Shown here: positions 26,611 through 38,095 of the stretch, piece after piece | Layout: the number at the start of each line of letters is the position of its first letter | Position numbering within the stretch: the stretch's first letter is position 1 | Source: Octopus vulgaris | Taxonomy: Eukaryota | Length of the DNA stretch: 64,000 nucleotides | NCBI GenBank assembly: GCA_951406725.2 | Contig: OX597814.1 | Location: 32,116,001 to 32,180,000, forward strand | Direction of reading: 5' to 3' | Translations under genes and position numbers: made by a program | The notes under the pieces: model-generated | The model's input: only the letters and a program-made list of their open reading frames with translations | Databases searched by the model: none | What the model was told of the DNA's origin: nothing

Positions 26611-26766
26611 TCAATCAGGTTGCCGGGTAGGTCTATAGTTCTTGTAGTTCGCATACTTCTTATGCATGCAATTTGGGGAGTGTTCTGAAAATTTGTTAAG
26701 GAGAGGGCCTTTGGCGAACAAGATCTCTAGGCTCTCTGATATGCATAGGTCACAGCAGGTATGTCC
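26611..26766 (-). pseudogene. C-terminal fragment of a PLE GIY-YIG endonuclease (Naiad-like)
   Basis: Hand translation GHTCCDLCISESLEILFAKGPLLNKFSEHSPNCMHKKYANYKNYRPTRQPD* fits the GxxxCxLCxxE..I..LLNKxSE...CxH pattern I recall from Naiad-type PLE C-termini. Not in the ORF track. Confidence 0.7.
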
Positions 26767-27136
26767 TATGCATATCAGAGAGCCTAGAGATCTTGTTCGC
26801 CAAAGGCCCTCTCCTTAACAAATTTTCAGAACACTCCCCAAATTGCATGCATAAGAAGTATGCGAACTACAAGAACTATAGACCTACCCGGCAACCTGAT
26901 TGATGACAACCCCCCTACAACCCCCCTACAACCCCCCCAACCCCACTGTTCCCCTAGCACCCCCGATTACCTTTTCTCCTAACACCTTTCACATATTATA
27001 TGTGCACGCTTGTATATGTGTATCGTATGTATGTATATATGTATAGAAATGCATGGGTACAGTAGGAATATACGCATGTATTATGTGTGTGTGTGTGTGT
27101 ATGCATGCATGTAAAAAATATATATGTATATATATT

Positions 27137-27181
<45 letters not shown>

Positions 27182-27550
27182 GCTTGTATGTGTGTGTGTG
27201 TGTATATGTGTATATGTGTTTGTATGTATATGTGTATATATGTATATGCATATGTATGTGTAAATGTATGTGCTTATGTATGTGTATGTATGTATAAAAT
27301 ATTATATAATTAGGGCTTAGGAAAATAAAATAAATTACTTTGCCACATACTAAACTTTCTAGAAATAGCAGCCAATAAAGTTTTTTAGCCTCTTCCACTA
27401 CTTAGAGAATTTTTTTCCCTCTAACATTGTTTACTCAAAATAACAATGGTCCCTTTACATACTGAACACTTGATGAAATTGATTAATAACTAATTAACTT
27501 TACCCTCCCTTGTTGATATATATATACATATGTATATGTGTACATGTATG

Positions 27551-27581
<31 letters not shown>

Positions 27582-28184
27582 ATGTGTGTATGTATGTATT
27601 TGTATATGTGTGTGTGTATATGTATGTGTGCGCGTGTGTGTGTGTATGTATGTGTATGTATACTTGTATATGTATATGCATGAATGTATATATATGTGTG
27701 TGTATATGTGTATTATGTATGTATTTATATAGATATGTAGTTTATATATATATATGTATGTATATGCATCTGTCTGTGTGTGTGTATGTGTATATATATG
27801 TGTATCATTTTTGCGTATGTATACATGTATTTGTGTATAGGTATGTGTGTGTGTGTGTGTTATATATATATATATATATGTGTATATATATGTATATATA
27901 TATATATGCATACGTATGTGTATGTACATGTATATATGTATGTGTGTATATGTATATATGTTTATATATGTGAGTATGTAGTGATATAAGTATATGCATG
28001 TGTATGTATGGGTATGTGTATCAGTGTATATGTATATATGTATGTGTGTGTGTATGTATATGTATGTATATGTGTATATATGTATGTGTATATGTGTATA
28101 TATATATATATATGTATATGTGTGTATATGTGTGTATGTATGTGTATGTGTATGTATGTGTATATATGTATATATATGTATATA

Positions 28185-28224
<40 letters not shown>

Positions 28225-28716
28225 TGCGTGTGTGTATGTATGCATATATGTATGTATGCATGTATATGTGTATGTATATATATGTGTGTAAGTGTGTGCA
28301 TATATGTATATGTAAGTATGTGTGCGCGTATGAGTATGTATGTATGCTTGCACACGTGTATATATATGTGTGTGTGTGTATATATATGGATGCGCGTGCG
28401 TGTGTGCACGTGTATGGGTACGCATGTATATGTGTATGTGCGTGTATGCGTATACGTGTATGTATGTATGTGTGTGCGTAGATTTGTATATGTATGTGTG
28501 AGTGTGTATATATATATATATATATATACATATATATAGATGGGTGTGTGTATGCGTATAAATGCATGTAAGTATGGATGTATGGATGTATGTATGTATG
28601 TATACGTATGTATGTGTGTATGTGTGTATGTATATATATATGTGTGTATATATGTTTGTGTATGTATATATATGTGTATGTATGTGTGTGTATATGTATG
28701 TGTGTATGTGTATGTG

Positions 28717-28774
<58 letters not shown>

Positions 28775-29642
28775 TATGTATCTGTATGTAGGAGTATATA
28801 TGTGTGTGTGTGTATGTATATGCGGGTATATATATATATATATGTATATTTATTGGTGTATATGTATAGACTAGCCTCCTAAAGTGTAGACACGAATCTG
28901 TAGGTACGAGTACGTATGTGTATATACGTGAACGTATGTAGATGTTTGTATGTATGAATATAACGCGTGCGTACATGTATGTGTATGAGTGTACGAATGG
29001 GTGAATGTACGTGCTAATGAGTGTGCGTGCGGGAATGAGTACTTGCCTTCTAGTAGACAGACAAATGGACATGCAGCCATTGCCAGGATTCTTAGCTCTA
29101 GCGATCAAAGATAACAAAAGTAATAAATGAAGATAATAAAATTAAAATTAGGGAATGGGCCTGTATTGGATTGTATATATATATATGTATATGTATATTT
29201 GTATGTATGTATGTGTGTATGTGTAGGTATGTATAGGTACACATGTGTATGTGTATGTGTATGTATATATGTGTGTATGTATGTATGTGCACACATGTAT
29301 ATATATGTATGCGTGTATATGTTTATATATATATATGTGTACATAGGTGTATGTGGGTGTATGTATATATAGGTGTAAATATGTGTATATAGGGAACTAG
29401 GTGTGTTGTGTGTGCATGAGTGTATGTGCGTATGAATATATATTTTTATGTGTATATATGTATGTGTGGTCGTGGGTATATATATATATATATACATGTG
29501 TGTATGCGTGCATGCATGGGAGTGAGTGTATGCATATATACGTGTGTGTATGTGTAGACAGGTATAGGCATGTGCATGTGTATAAATTTGTATATGTGGG
29601 CGGGTGTATGTATGTGTGTATGTAGATATGTATGTATGTGTG

Positions 29643-29684
<42 letters not shown>

Positions 29685-30058
29685 TATGTATATGTGTGTG
29701 TATATATATGTGTATGTATGTATGTGTGTGTAGATACGTATACATGTGTGTATAGGTATAAGTGAGAATCTCCTTATTTACCTATAACTCTATCCCCCTT
29801 TTTTTATATATATATATATTTTTTTATATATATATTTTTATATATATTTTTTTATATATATTTTTTATTTTTTTATTTTTTTATTTTTTTATTTTTTTAT
29901 TTTTTTATTTATCTATTCTTTCATCTAACTTACCACTGACTCCTTGACCACTCCCCCAAGTATGATATTTTGCGCTATGCCTACCCCCAAAAAGTCCCCC
30001 ACCACCACTCCTTTAAACCTGCCTAAATGTATAAATGCTAATACAATTCTTGTTAAAT

Positions 30059-30109
30059 AGCTTCCTGAAGATTTCTCTTGAATGAAACAGTACTAGTCCT
30101 GTAGAAGCT
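30059..30109 (+). ncRNA. Minimal type I hammerhead ribozyme
   Basis: agcttc CTGAAGA t ttc tctt gaa t GAAA cag tactagtc ctg TA gaagct. Confidence 0.85.
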
Positions 30110-30180
30110 CCTTCTATATAATAAATATATATATATATATATATATATTGGCCTGCTAGCTTAGCCAGGTTTGGCATAGT

Positions 30181-31115
30181 GTGAATGAAGGATTTGGGTT
30201 TTATTATTCATACTATGCCAAACCTATGGCCTCAAAATACTTGATCCATCGGAACTCAGCCATTGCGGACAATGCCAAATTCAATATTTTGATGGCGGAC
30301 CTCGTCAGAATAATGAGAAATGTGTCACGCATGTGCGAGCCCAAAGAGTTAAAGAGACACATACAATATTTCATTCACCGCATGCAGTTCTCTGGTTACA
30401 GCCATAAAGAAAGGATCAGAGTATACAAAGGAGCCATGAAGAAATTTGATAATATATTATGTAATGATAGGAATGGCATTTGCCCACTCTATAGGAACAA
30501 GTCATGGAACACTATAGAAAGGACAAAAAGAAAATAGGGAAGGCCAACTCTTGGTATGATAGCCATAAATACCAGAGTGTCATGTTCGTTGACACCACCC
30601 CTGGTGGTGAACTGGCGTACCGCTTTAGAAGGACCCTAGACAAACTTAAGCTAAGAATTAAGGTTGTTGAAAAGCCAGGCAACCCTATCAAATCTATAAT
30701 CGGTAGAACCTATCCTTTTAGTAGAACCCCCTGTACGGATAAGTACTGTACTGTATGTAGATTTAGCCCACAAACAAACTGTAAAGCCAGAAATGTAGTC
30801 TATAGTATAAGATGTATAGAGGGACGATGCAGTAACAAGACAACGACATACGTAGGGGAGACGGCAAGAAGCATAGGAGAGCGGGTAAATGTACATTGGA
30901 GACAACTCAAGGAAGGTAAAAGCTCATCGATTCTGTACCAACACGCTGAACAGGAACACAGGGGATCAATCAACAATATAGAAATTAAAATATTGTCCAC
31001 ACATAGAACAGATGCAACAATCAGACAAATTACAGAAGCTACACACATAATAGGAAATAAACCTAGCCTGAATAGAAAACTAGAATGGAACACTAGCACA
31101 CACCACTACATATGA
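30181..31115 (+). pseudogene. Penelope-like element ORF fragment: RT thumb, Cys-rich linker and GIY-YIG endonuclease (Neptune/Nematis-like), frameshift near 30530
   Basis: YAKPMAS..HRNSA..LVRIMRN..RMQFSGY..PLYR; CTDKYCTVC..NC; VVYSIRC..C..YVGETARSIGER..H..LYQHAEQEH..RQITEA..LNRKLEW. Confidence 0.9.
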
Positions 31116-31685
31116 CGATAGAGGATCCCGAACACATAATAAATACACAGATAAATAAACAAATAGAAATAAATAACTATATATATATATTTTTCGATTC
31201 GATTTATTGTTATAATTATTACTAGTATTGTTGTTATACATACATACATACAAGCATATGTAATGATAATAATAAGTGGATGTAAACACATTAACAAAAT
31301 AAGAATAAACAAAAACAACAACAAAAACAAAATACAAATTACATGAACGTATATAAACAGAAGATACAAATATTACAGGCATCCCCCACATACACACACT
31401 AAATAAACATAGACGCACATAGAGATATAAGCATGCACAAATGAAGACATACAATAGAAATACAAAATGGCTGACGGTTAGTAAGGAGAGACACAAATAA
31501 GAAAGAAGAAAACAAAGGACCAATGATGCGGTCACAGGAGTGTGACGAAAGAACTCTGGCCGAAATAAGATTAAGATTAATGTAAAAAATAAATAACACT
31601 GAAGCAAAATAACACCAAATATATAGTGCATGTGTTTTTATTGGCTAAACTGGCAAAATGACCATTCCGAAATATAACAACGAAT
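31116..31685 (+). mobile_element. 3' UTR/pLTR of the 30181-31115 PLE
   Basis: Follows the EN stop codon, ends in (TA)n, contains an HHR-like motif; homologous copy at ~50530-50710 on the minus strand. Confidence 0.65.
31517..31561 (+). ncRNA. Variant or degenerate minimal hammerhead-like motif
   Basis: ggacca aTGATGc g gtcaca ggag tgtgac GAAA g aa c TC tggcc. Perfect 6-bp stem II, but C3->A and A9->C. Confidence 0.45.
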
Positions 31686-31694
31686 ATATATAAG

Positions 31695-31727
<33 letters not shown>

Positions 31728-31920
31728 GTACATATACATATGTATGTATATGTGTGTGTATGTATGCACGTATGTTTATGAATACATATACGTAAATAAA
31801 TGTATCTACATGCATATACATACTCACACAGACGAACATAGATTCTTATCTCTCTCTCATATATGTGTGTGTATGTGTGTAGGTACATATGTAAATGTGC
31901 ATATATACATATATACCTTC

Positions 31921-31976
<56 letters not shown>

Positions 31977-32718
31977 ACACTGACATATATGTGTGTGTGT
32001 ATGTGTGTATGTATGTGTGTGTTTATAAACTTATGTAAACTGCATATGTGTATAACATCTATGTAAACAGCTAAATGAAATGCGCGTAATTTAGATGCTT
32101 TCGTACGACACTTTCAATATAGTTATCGCCGATTCTTATTTCGTAATCTTCGGTGCATATTCTTTCGTAAGCATGATCTCTATCAGCTTTTGGCGGAAAA
32201 GAGTTAACAAGATATTATCTATTGTGTGAGATAGAACAATGAAAGAAATTATGCAAAGAATACACCCGATATACCTGTGTTGCGGTATCTTCTGAAAGAA
32301 ATGAAAGGAAATAAAAGAAAAAAAGCATTCCGAGACATTTGTGAAAGTGATACGATTGTTTTACAAGCACAAAGCATCTTCACGTGGCTCGGCTACAGAA
32401 GGAAATCTGGTCTTTCACGTATGTACTTTAGCTCTGATAAGGCATTTGAATACGATATGACTATATATATATATATATATATATATTGATATGTATGAAC
32501 ATGTAACCCTGCATGCATGTGTATATAAGACTGTGTTTGTAAGAGTACGAGCACGTGAGCAAGCCTGCGTGTGCGTTTACATATATACACGCACACACAC
32601 ACAGGCATTCGGTGCTACATATGTACGTATAATTATAACCGTATAAATATATTTTGTACAGAAGGTATTTCGATCTTTCTCTTGTCCTGCTCTCTCTTTC
32701 TCTCTCTTTCTCTCTCTT

Positions 32719-32780
<62 letters not shown>

Positions 32781-33542
32781 AATACTTGTGTGTATATATG
32801 CATATAAATATGCGCATATGCTTATATGTTTGTGTGTATGTATGTATATATATGTATATATATGCATGCATATGTATACATGCATATGTATATATACTTA
32901 TATCCATAATTATAAATATATGTATATATATATATATATTATAAGTATTCGATATATAATTAGATGTACAGGCTTGCCTGCATGAATGCATACATATATA
33001 TGTATACCTACATTTTTTCGCACATAAGCACTGGCTTACAGGGAGCCATATTCTGTAATATGGACGCTTTTGATTTCCCTTATGACATTGACAAGAAATT
33101 ACACGGGAGTTGATGGTATTTTTTGTAGGGAATTTTGGCATATTATTATTTTTGCGGTATCCCGAAGGAAGTTCGGAATCTACTTCTTACTTAATTTACT
33201 GGTGGTCAGTATAATAAGCCTTGACGTCTTGTTAACAATAGATAAAGATAACTATGAAGAATGCCAAGAAACAACGCAAATTACAATTTAAAAAACAAGA
33301 ATCAGAGATGCACACACAGACTAACATAATTTCGCGTGCTTATAAACGAACGCAATATTATCAATGCTTCACGCAGTTTACTATGTGTGAATGTATGTAT
33401 GTATGTATGTATGTATGTATGTATGTATGTATGTATGAATGTATGAATGTATGTATGTATATATGTATTTATGTATATAAGTATGCATACACATATATAT
33501 GCATACATGTACAAATATACATATATATATTTACATATATAC

Positions 33543-33573
<31 letters not shown>

Positions 33574-33772
33574 CATATATATATAGACACATACATACGC
33601 CACATACACACACTCACATACATATATATATATGTATATATATACGCATATTGATTGATTCTAGTTTCAGCTTACGAGCTGTGGCCATGCTGGGGCACCG
33701 CCATTTTGCTGGGGCACATACATATATATATATGTATATATATATATGTATATATATATATGTATATATATC

Positions 33773-33809
<37 letters not shown>

Positions 33810-34049
33810 CAGAGACAGATAGAGAGGGAGGGAGACGCTAATAATGATGCTAAAGATCTCAGTGCTCAAAAAGAAGTAAAACTGTTTCAGTTAGATATAC
33901 AAAAATACATACATATATACATGTAAATAGCGAGAAAGCAAAGACTTAAAATTATCAATGGGTGAATATTCAAGTATAAATATGTTGATGCTTATATATA
34001 AACCTAACAAACTTACACAGGCATAGAAGCTTAAAGGGGAGACGATATG

Positions 34050-34410
34050 GTTCTACAAGGTTTTAATCTCTCGACCCTGAAGACAGAGGCCGGATGTACA
34101 CGATGGATATTTACTTCCCTTACTGATTGCATATTTTTGGAAACTATATCTGAAAACATCATAATGTAACTCCGAGACCGCAGAAACAGCAGTCACCAAT
34201 GCGTACCATTCTCTCCAATCCAAGGCGTAGATGTTATCCAAAAGAAAGGCAAAAGCCGTAACTCATTTCTACAGATGAGTGAATTGGGGCAACGTGAAAT
34301 AAAGAATTTTGCTAAAGGAGACAACACATAGCTCCGTCTAGGAATCGAAATCTCTAACCCATGATTGTTAGCCAGATGCTCAAACCATAACCACGCAGTC
34401 GTGCGCCTCT
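34050..34410 (-). mobile_element. SINE family C-related, degenerate (similar fragment at ~49530-49715)
   Basis: gcaacgtgaaataaag..tgctaaagga.acaac..ggaatcgaa. Confidence 0.6.
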
Positions 34411-34529
34411 GTTAATTTGTAATTATACATATATATATATAGAGAGAGAGATTTACGGAGATGTACTTGCATAGGAGGTGACCTGATCTGAGATCGTGTG
34501 CAGGAACGAAAACAATTGCAGCGTGGAAG

Positions 34530-34569
<40 letters not shown>

Positions 34570-34572
<3 letters not shown>

Positions 34573-34780
34573 TAATAGAAGGGTGAAATGTATTAATCGA
34601 ATTAATTAATCAATTAATCAATTAATTAATAATTTTACCAAGTAGATCGGTACCTTAAAATATCCTTTCGTAGGTAAAATTATCCACATAATTATAATTC
34701 GATTTAGAAAAGGAATTTTTAACTCCTTTTTCTAATTTCGGTATGTGGTGAAGCACTTAGCTGAAACCCAATTATAATTA
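34570..34780. mobile_element. Diverged mini element related to 2173-3307 and 26001-26222
   Basis: aataatagaagggtgaaa..ttaccaagtag at the left, ggtatgtggtgaag..cccaattataa at the right; flanked by (TA)n. Confidence 0.55.
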
Positions 34781-35447
34781 TATATATATATATATATACA
34801 CATATATATAGTTAATCCAAACAAGAAAGCACAAAAAAAAACACAACAATGCGAGGACGTGGAACAAATATATATATATATATATATATGATGTTTATGT
34901 GTACACAGTCAGGACAGAAGTAAATAGACACCCCATAAAACAGCGTCTTTTATGTTTCAGGTTCTATATGTGGCTGTTTTGCCACTAATGTCCGGTTACA
35001 CCCAGTAGTTTGCTATTATGGAAACTCGGATATATTTAACAATTTAAATTACACTTTCTCTTTATACCAAATCCCACTTCTCGGTGTTTTAGCTGAGACC
35101 AAAGTATAGTTTCCAATTTAGAAAACTGTAATCACGACAGCCAGAAAGACAGACAACCAGCCAGACAGCCAGACAGACAGATAGACAGATCGATAGATTG
35201 AATGTTTGATTGATTGATTGATTGCTGTCAAACTTCTAAAACTGATGGTTTCAAATTTCGGCACAAGGTCCACACATTTTAGACGAGTGTATGCTTTGAT
35301 TGCCTCGTGCCAGTTATAAATTGATAGTTATTTTTCGACCTCGAAACGGTGAAATATGTGGTCGCAGCGTTTTTCATATATATCTCTATGTATATTTTCA
35401 ACATATATTTACATCACTTATTTATTTTAAATATGCATATTTAAAAT

Positions 35448-35848
35448 AGGCGCAGGAGTGGCTGTGTGGTAAGAAGCTTGCTAACCAACCACATGGTTCC
35501 GGGTTCAGTCCCACTGCGTGGCATCTTGGGCAAGTGTCTTCTGCTATAGACCGGGGCTGACCAATGCCTTGTGAGTGGATTTGGTAGACGGAAACTGAAA
35601 GAATCCTGTCGTATATATGTATATATATATATATATATATAAGTGTGTGTGTATATGTTTGTGTGTCTGTGTTTGTCCCCCTAGCATTGCTTTACAACCG
35701 ATGCTGGTGTGTTTACGTCCCCGTCACTTAGCGGTTCGGCAAAAGAGACCGATAGAATTTACAAAGAATAAGTCCCGGGGTCGATTTGCTCGACTAAAGG
35801 CGGTGCTCCAGCATGGCCGCAGTCAAATGACTGAAACAAGTAAAAAAG
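35448..35848 (+). mobile_element. SINE family A, full length (tRNA-derived head, internal TA/TG microsatellite)
   Basis: A-box-like tggctgtgtggt, B-box-like ggttcagtcc, A-rich tail. Confidence 0.95.
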
Positions 35849-36138
35849 GGAAAAAGGTATATAATTTATTAGCTACACTTCCAACATTTCATGGATATTT
35901 TGTTGATTTTATTCGTAAGCACCGACGAATAGAACTGGTGTATCAAGTGACTTCAGCAAAAGGCGCCCAAGCACCAACAGATCAAAAATCTATTAAAGTT
36001 TTAAACTATATTATCTTGACGTATTGGCGTTTACTGAAGTCTACAGCACTTTTAACAACAAATCCATGTTAAACTGGATGCTCAAATTGATATTCGTTAC
36101 AAAGGCAGCTTCCCTGCGTAATAGTTAAATTATACATA

Positions 36139-36537
36139 TCTTTATATATAAAAGAGAAGTTGTGTGTCTGTCTCCTACGATTTAGATTCCTAACTACTCC
36201 CACATTTTGCGGTGCAGTTTAACCAAAACCAGGTATCTTATAGTCGTGATTCATATCGAGCCCTTCTGGGTATTAGCGCGCGTCTACGATGAGTCTACGA
36301 TTTAAAAAAAAATTACCATCATTTTTTTCCATTTCAATCCATTTTTTTCGCTATTATATAAGGGAAGTAACTCTCTAAAAATGTCTACGATGAGTCAACG
36401 ATTTAAAAAAAAATTTACCATCATTTTTTTTTCCATTTTTAATGCATTTTATTGCTATTTTTTGGCTATAACTCTCTAAAAATGCTTATATAGTTATTTC
36501 CCTTACAAACCCGAGCAACGCCGGGCGATACTGCTAG
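36139..36537 (+). mobile_element. Non-autonomous Helitron
   Basis: A|TC 5' end, subterminal hairpin cccg agcaacgc cggg, CTAG|T 3' end. Confidence 0.85.
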
Positions 36538-36773
36538 TATTCCAATAAAACTGAAATGTTCGCATGTTTTTCACGTTACTTTATAAAGAGTAGGTAGCAA
36601 ACAAATCTTCTGAGCCTCCAATTTCACAACCACTTTTCGTTTTAATGATGTTAGCAATAATCAGTTACCTCTAAAATCATGACTGGCTTATGATTTGGAA
36701 TTATTTCCAAATAATTCTGTGTGACCAGCATTGAAATGAGCCCTGAGTGTAAAAACAGCTACCTGAAGAACCT

Positions 36774-36791
36774 CTACTACTACTACTACTG

Positions 36792-36857
<66 letters not shown>

Positions 36858-36936
36858 ATACTACTACTACAACTACTACTGCTGCTGCTGTTGCTACTAC
36901 TACTACTACTACTACTACCACTACTACTACTACTAC
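36774..36936. repeat. (CTA)n array
   Basis: Read directly. Confidence 0.97.
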
Positions 36937-37321
36937 TTCCTGCATATAAACACTCATATAATGATTAAAGCTTTGTGACAATTTGGAATAGAAGTAACAT
37001 TCTCATCATTTAGTGTAGATGACTAAACTGAAGAGCATTAGTTAACTGAATGGTAGTGTTCTAATGCAAACGTAAACAGTGGTTGATTTTAATTAGTAGA
37101 TTGATTCGAATATCACTACATTATAGTGTCCCTAATCGATACCGCAAACAAAATATAAATAAAAAGAAGTCACTCAAACAGCTTCCTTGGATTATCCCCC
37201 ATCAAGAAATTCAGAATTATTCAGATGCCTCATATTGGATTGCGCTGAATATAAATGTGACGAACCCTCAGATGACGGAAGAAAAACATAATAATTTATA
37301 ATTTACAGTAATATATATATA

Positions 37322-37588
37322 TCCGTTGCCAGCCTCGCCTGGCCTCCGTGCCAGTGGCACGTAAAAAGCACCATCCGATCGTAGCCGTTTGCCAGCCTCG
37401 TCTGGCACCTGCGCCGATGGCACGTAAAAAGCACCCACTACACTCATGGAGTGGTTGGCGTTAGGAAGGGCATCCAGCAGTAGAAACATTGTCAGATCAG
37501 ACTGGGCCTGGTGCAGCCTTCTGGCTTCCCAGACCCCAGTTGAACCGTCCAACCCATGCCAGCATGGAAAGTGGACGCTAAGCGATTA
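37322..37588 (+). mobile_element. RTE-type LINE 3' UTR or SINE tail fragment
   Basis: ttggcgttaggaagggcatccagc..ccaacccatgccagcatggaaa..ggacgctaa; internal repeat ggcacgtaaaaagcacc. Family assigned from recall. Confidence 0.55.
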
Positions 37589-37603
37589 TATATATATATA
37601 TTT

Positions 37604-38095
<492 letters not shown>

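Larger units (their letters stand above)
23326..26766 (-). mobile_element. 5'-truncated Penelope-like element (endonuclease C-terminus, microsatellite-expanded 3' region, pLTR with HHR, ~70-nt tail)
   Basis: EN-like peptide at 26766-26611, HHR at 23412-23462, tail 23326-23394 absent from the mirror arm. Confidence 0.7.
23395..30126. repeat. Giant inverted repeat: arms 23395-26749 and 26765-30126, 15-nt spacer
   Basis: Unique blocks match as reverse complements along the whole length. The mirror ORFs 24408+/29117- and 24445+/29080- start identically. Confidence 0.97.

Noticed and set aside
26901-27000. TGA-TGA after the Naiad-like peptide as possible selenocysteine codons with a SECIS
   Set aside because: The codons lie after the conserved C-terminal motif and I could not find a SECIS hairpin by eye; SECISearch on a full-length copy would be needed.
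24408-29117. Long ORFs of 539 aa (+) and 544 aa (-)
   Set aside because: YIHT-type translations of CA/TA microsatellite, mirrored by the palindrome; no domain content.
33010-33190. Possible minus-strand exon (EVDSELPSGYRKNNNMPKFPTKNTINSRVISCQCHKG..CLCAKKC)
   Set aside because: Short, in-frame stop just upstream, ambiguous splice sites and no recognisable domain; needs RNA-seq.
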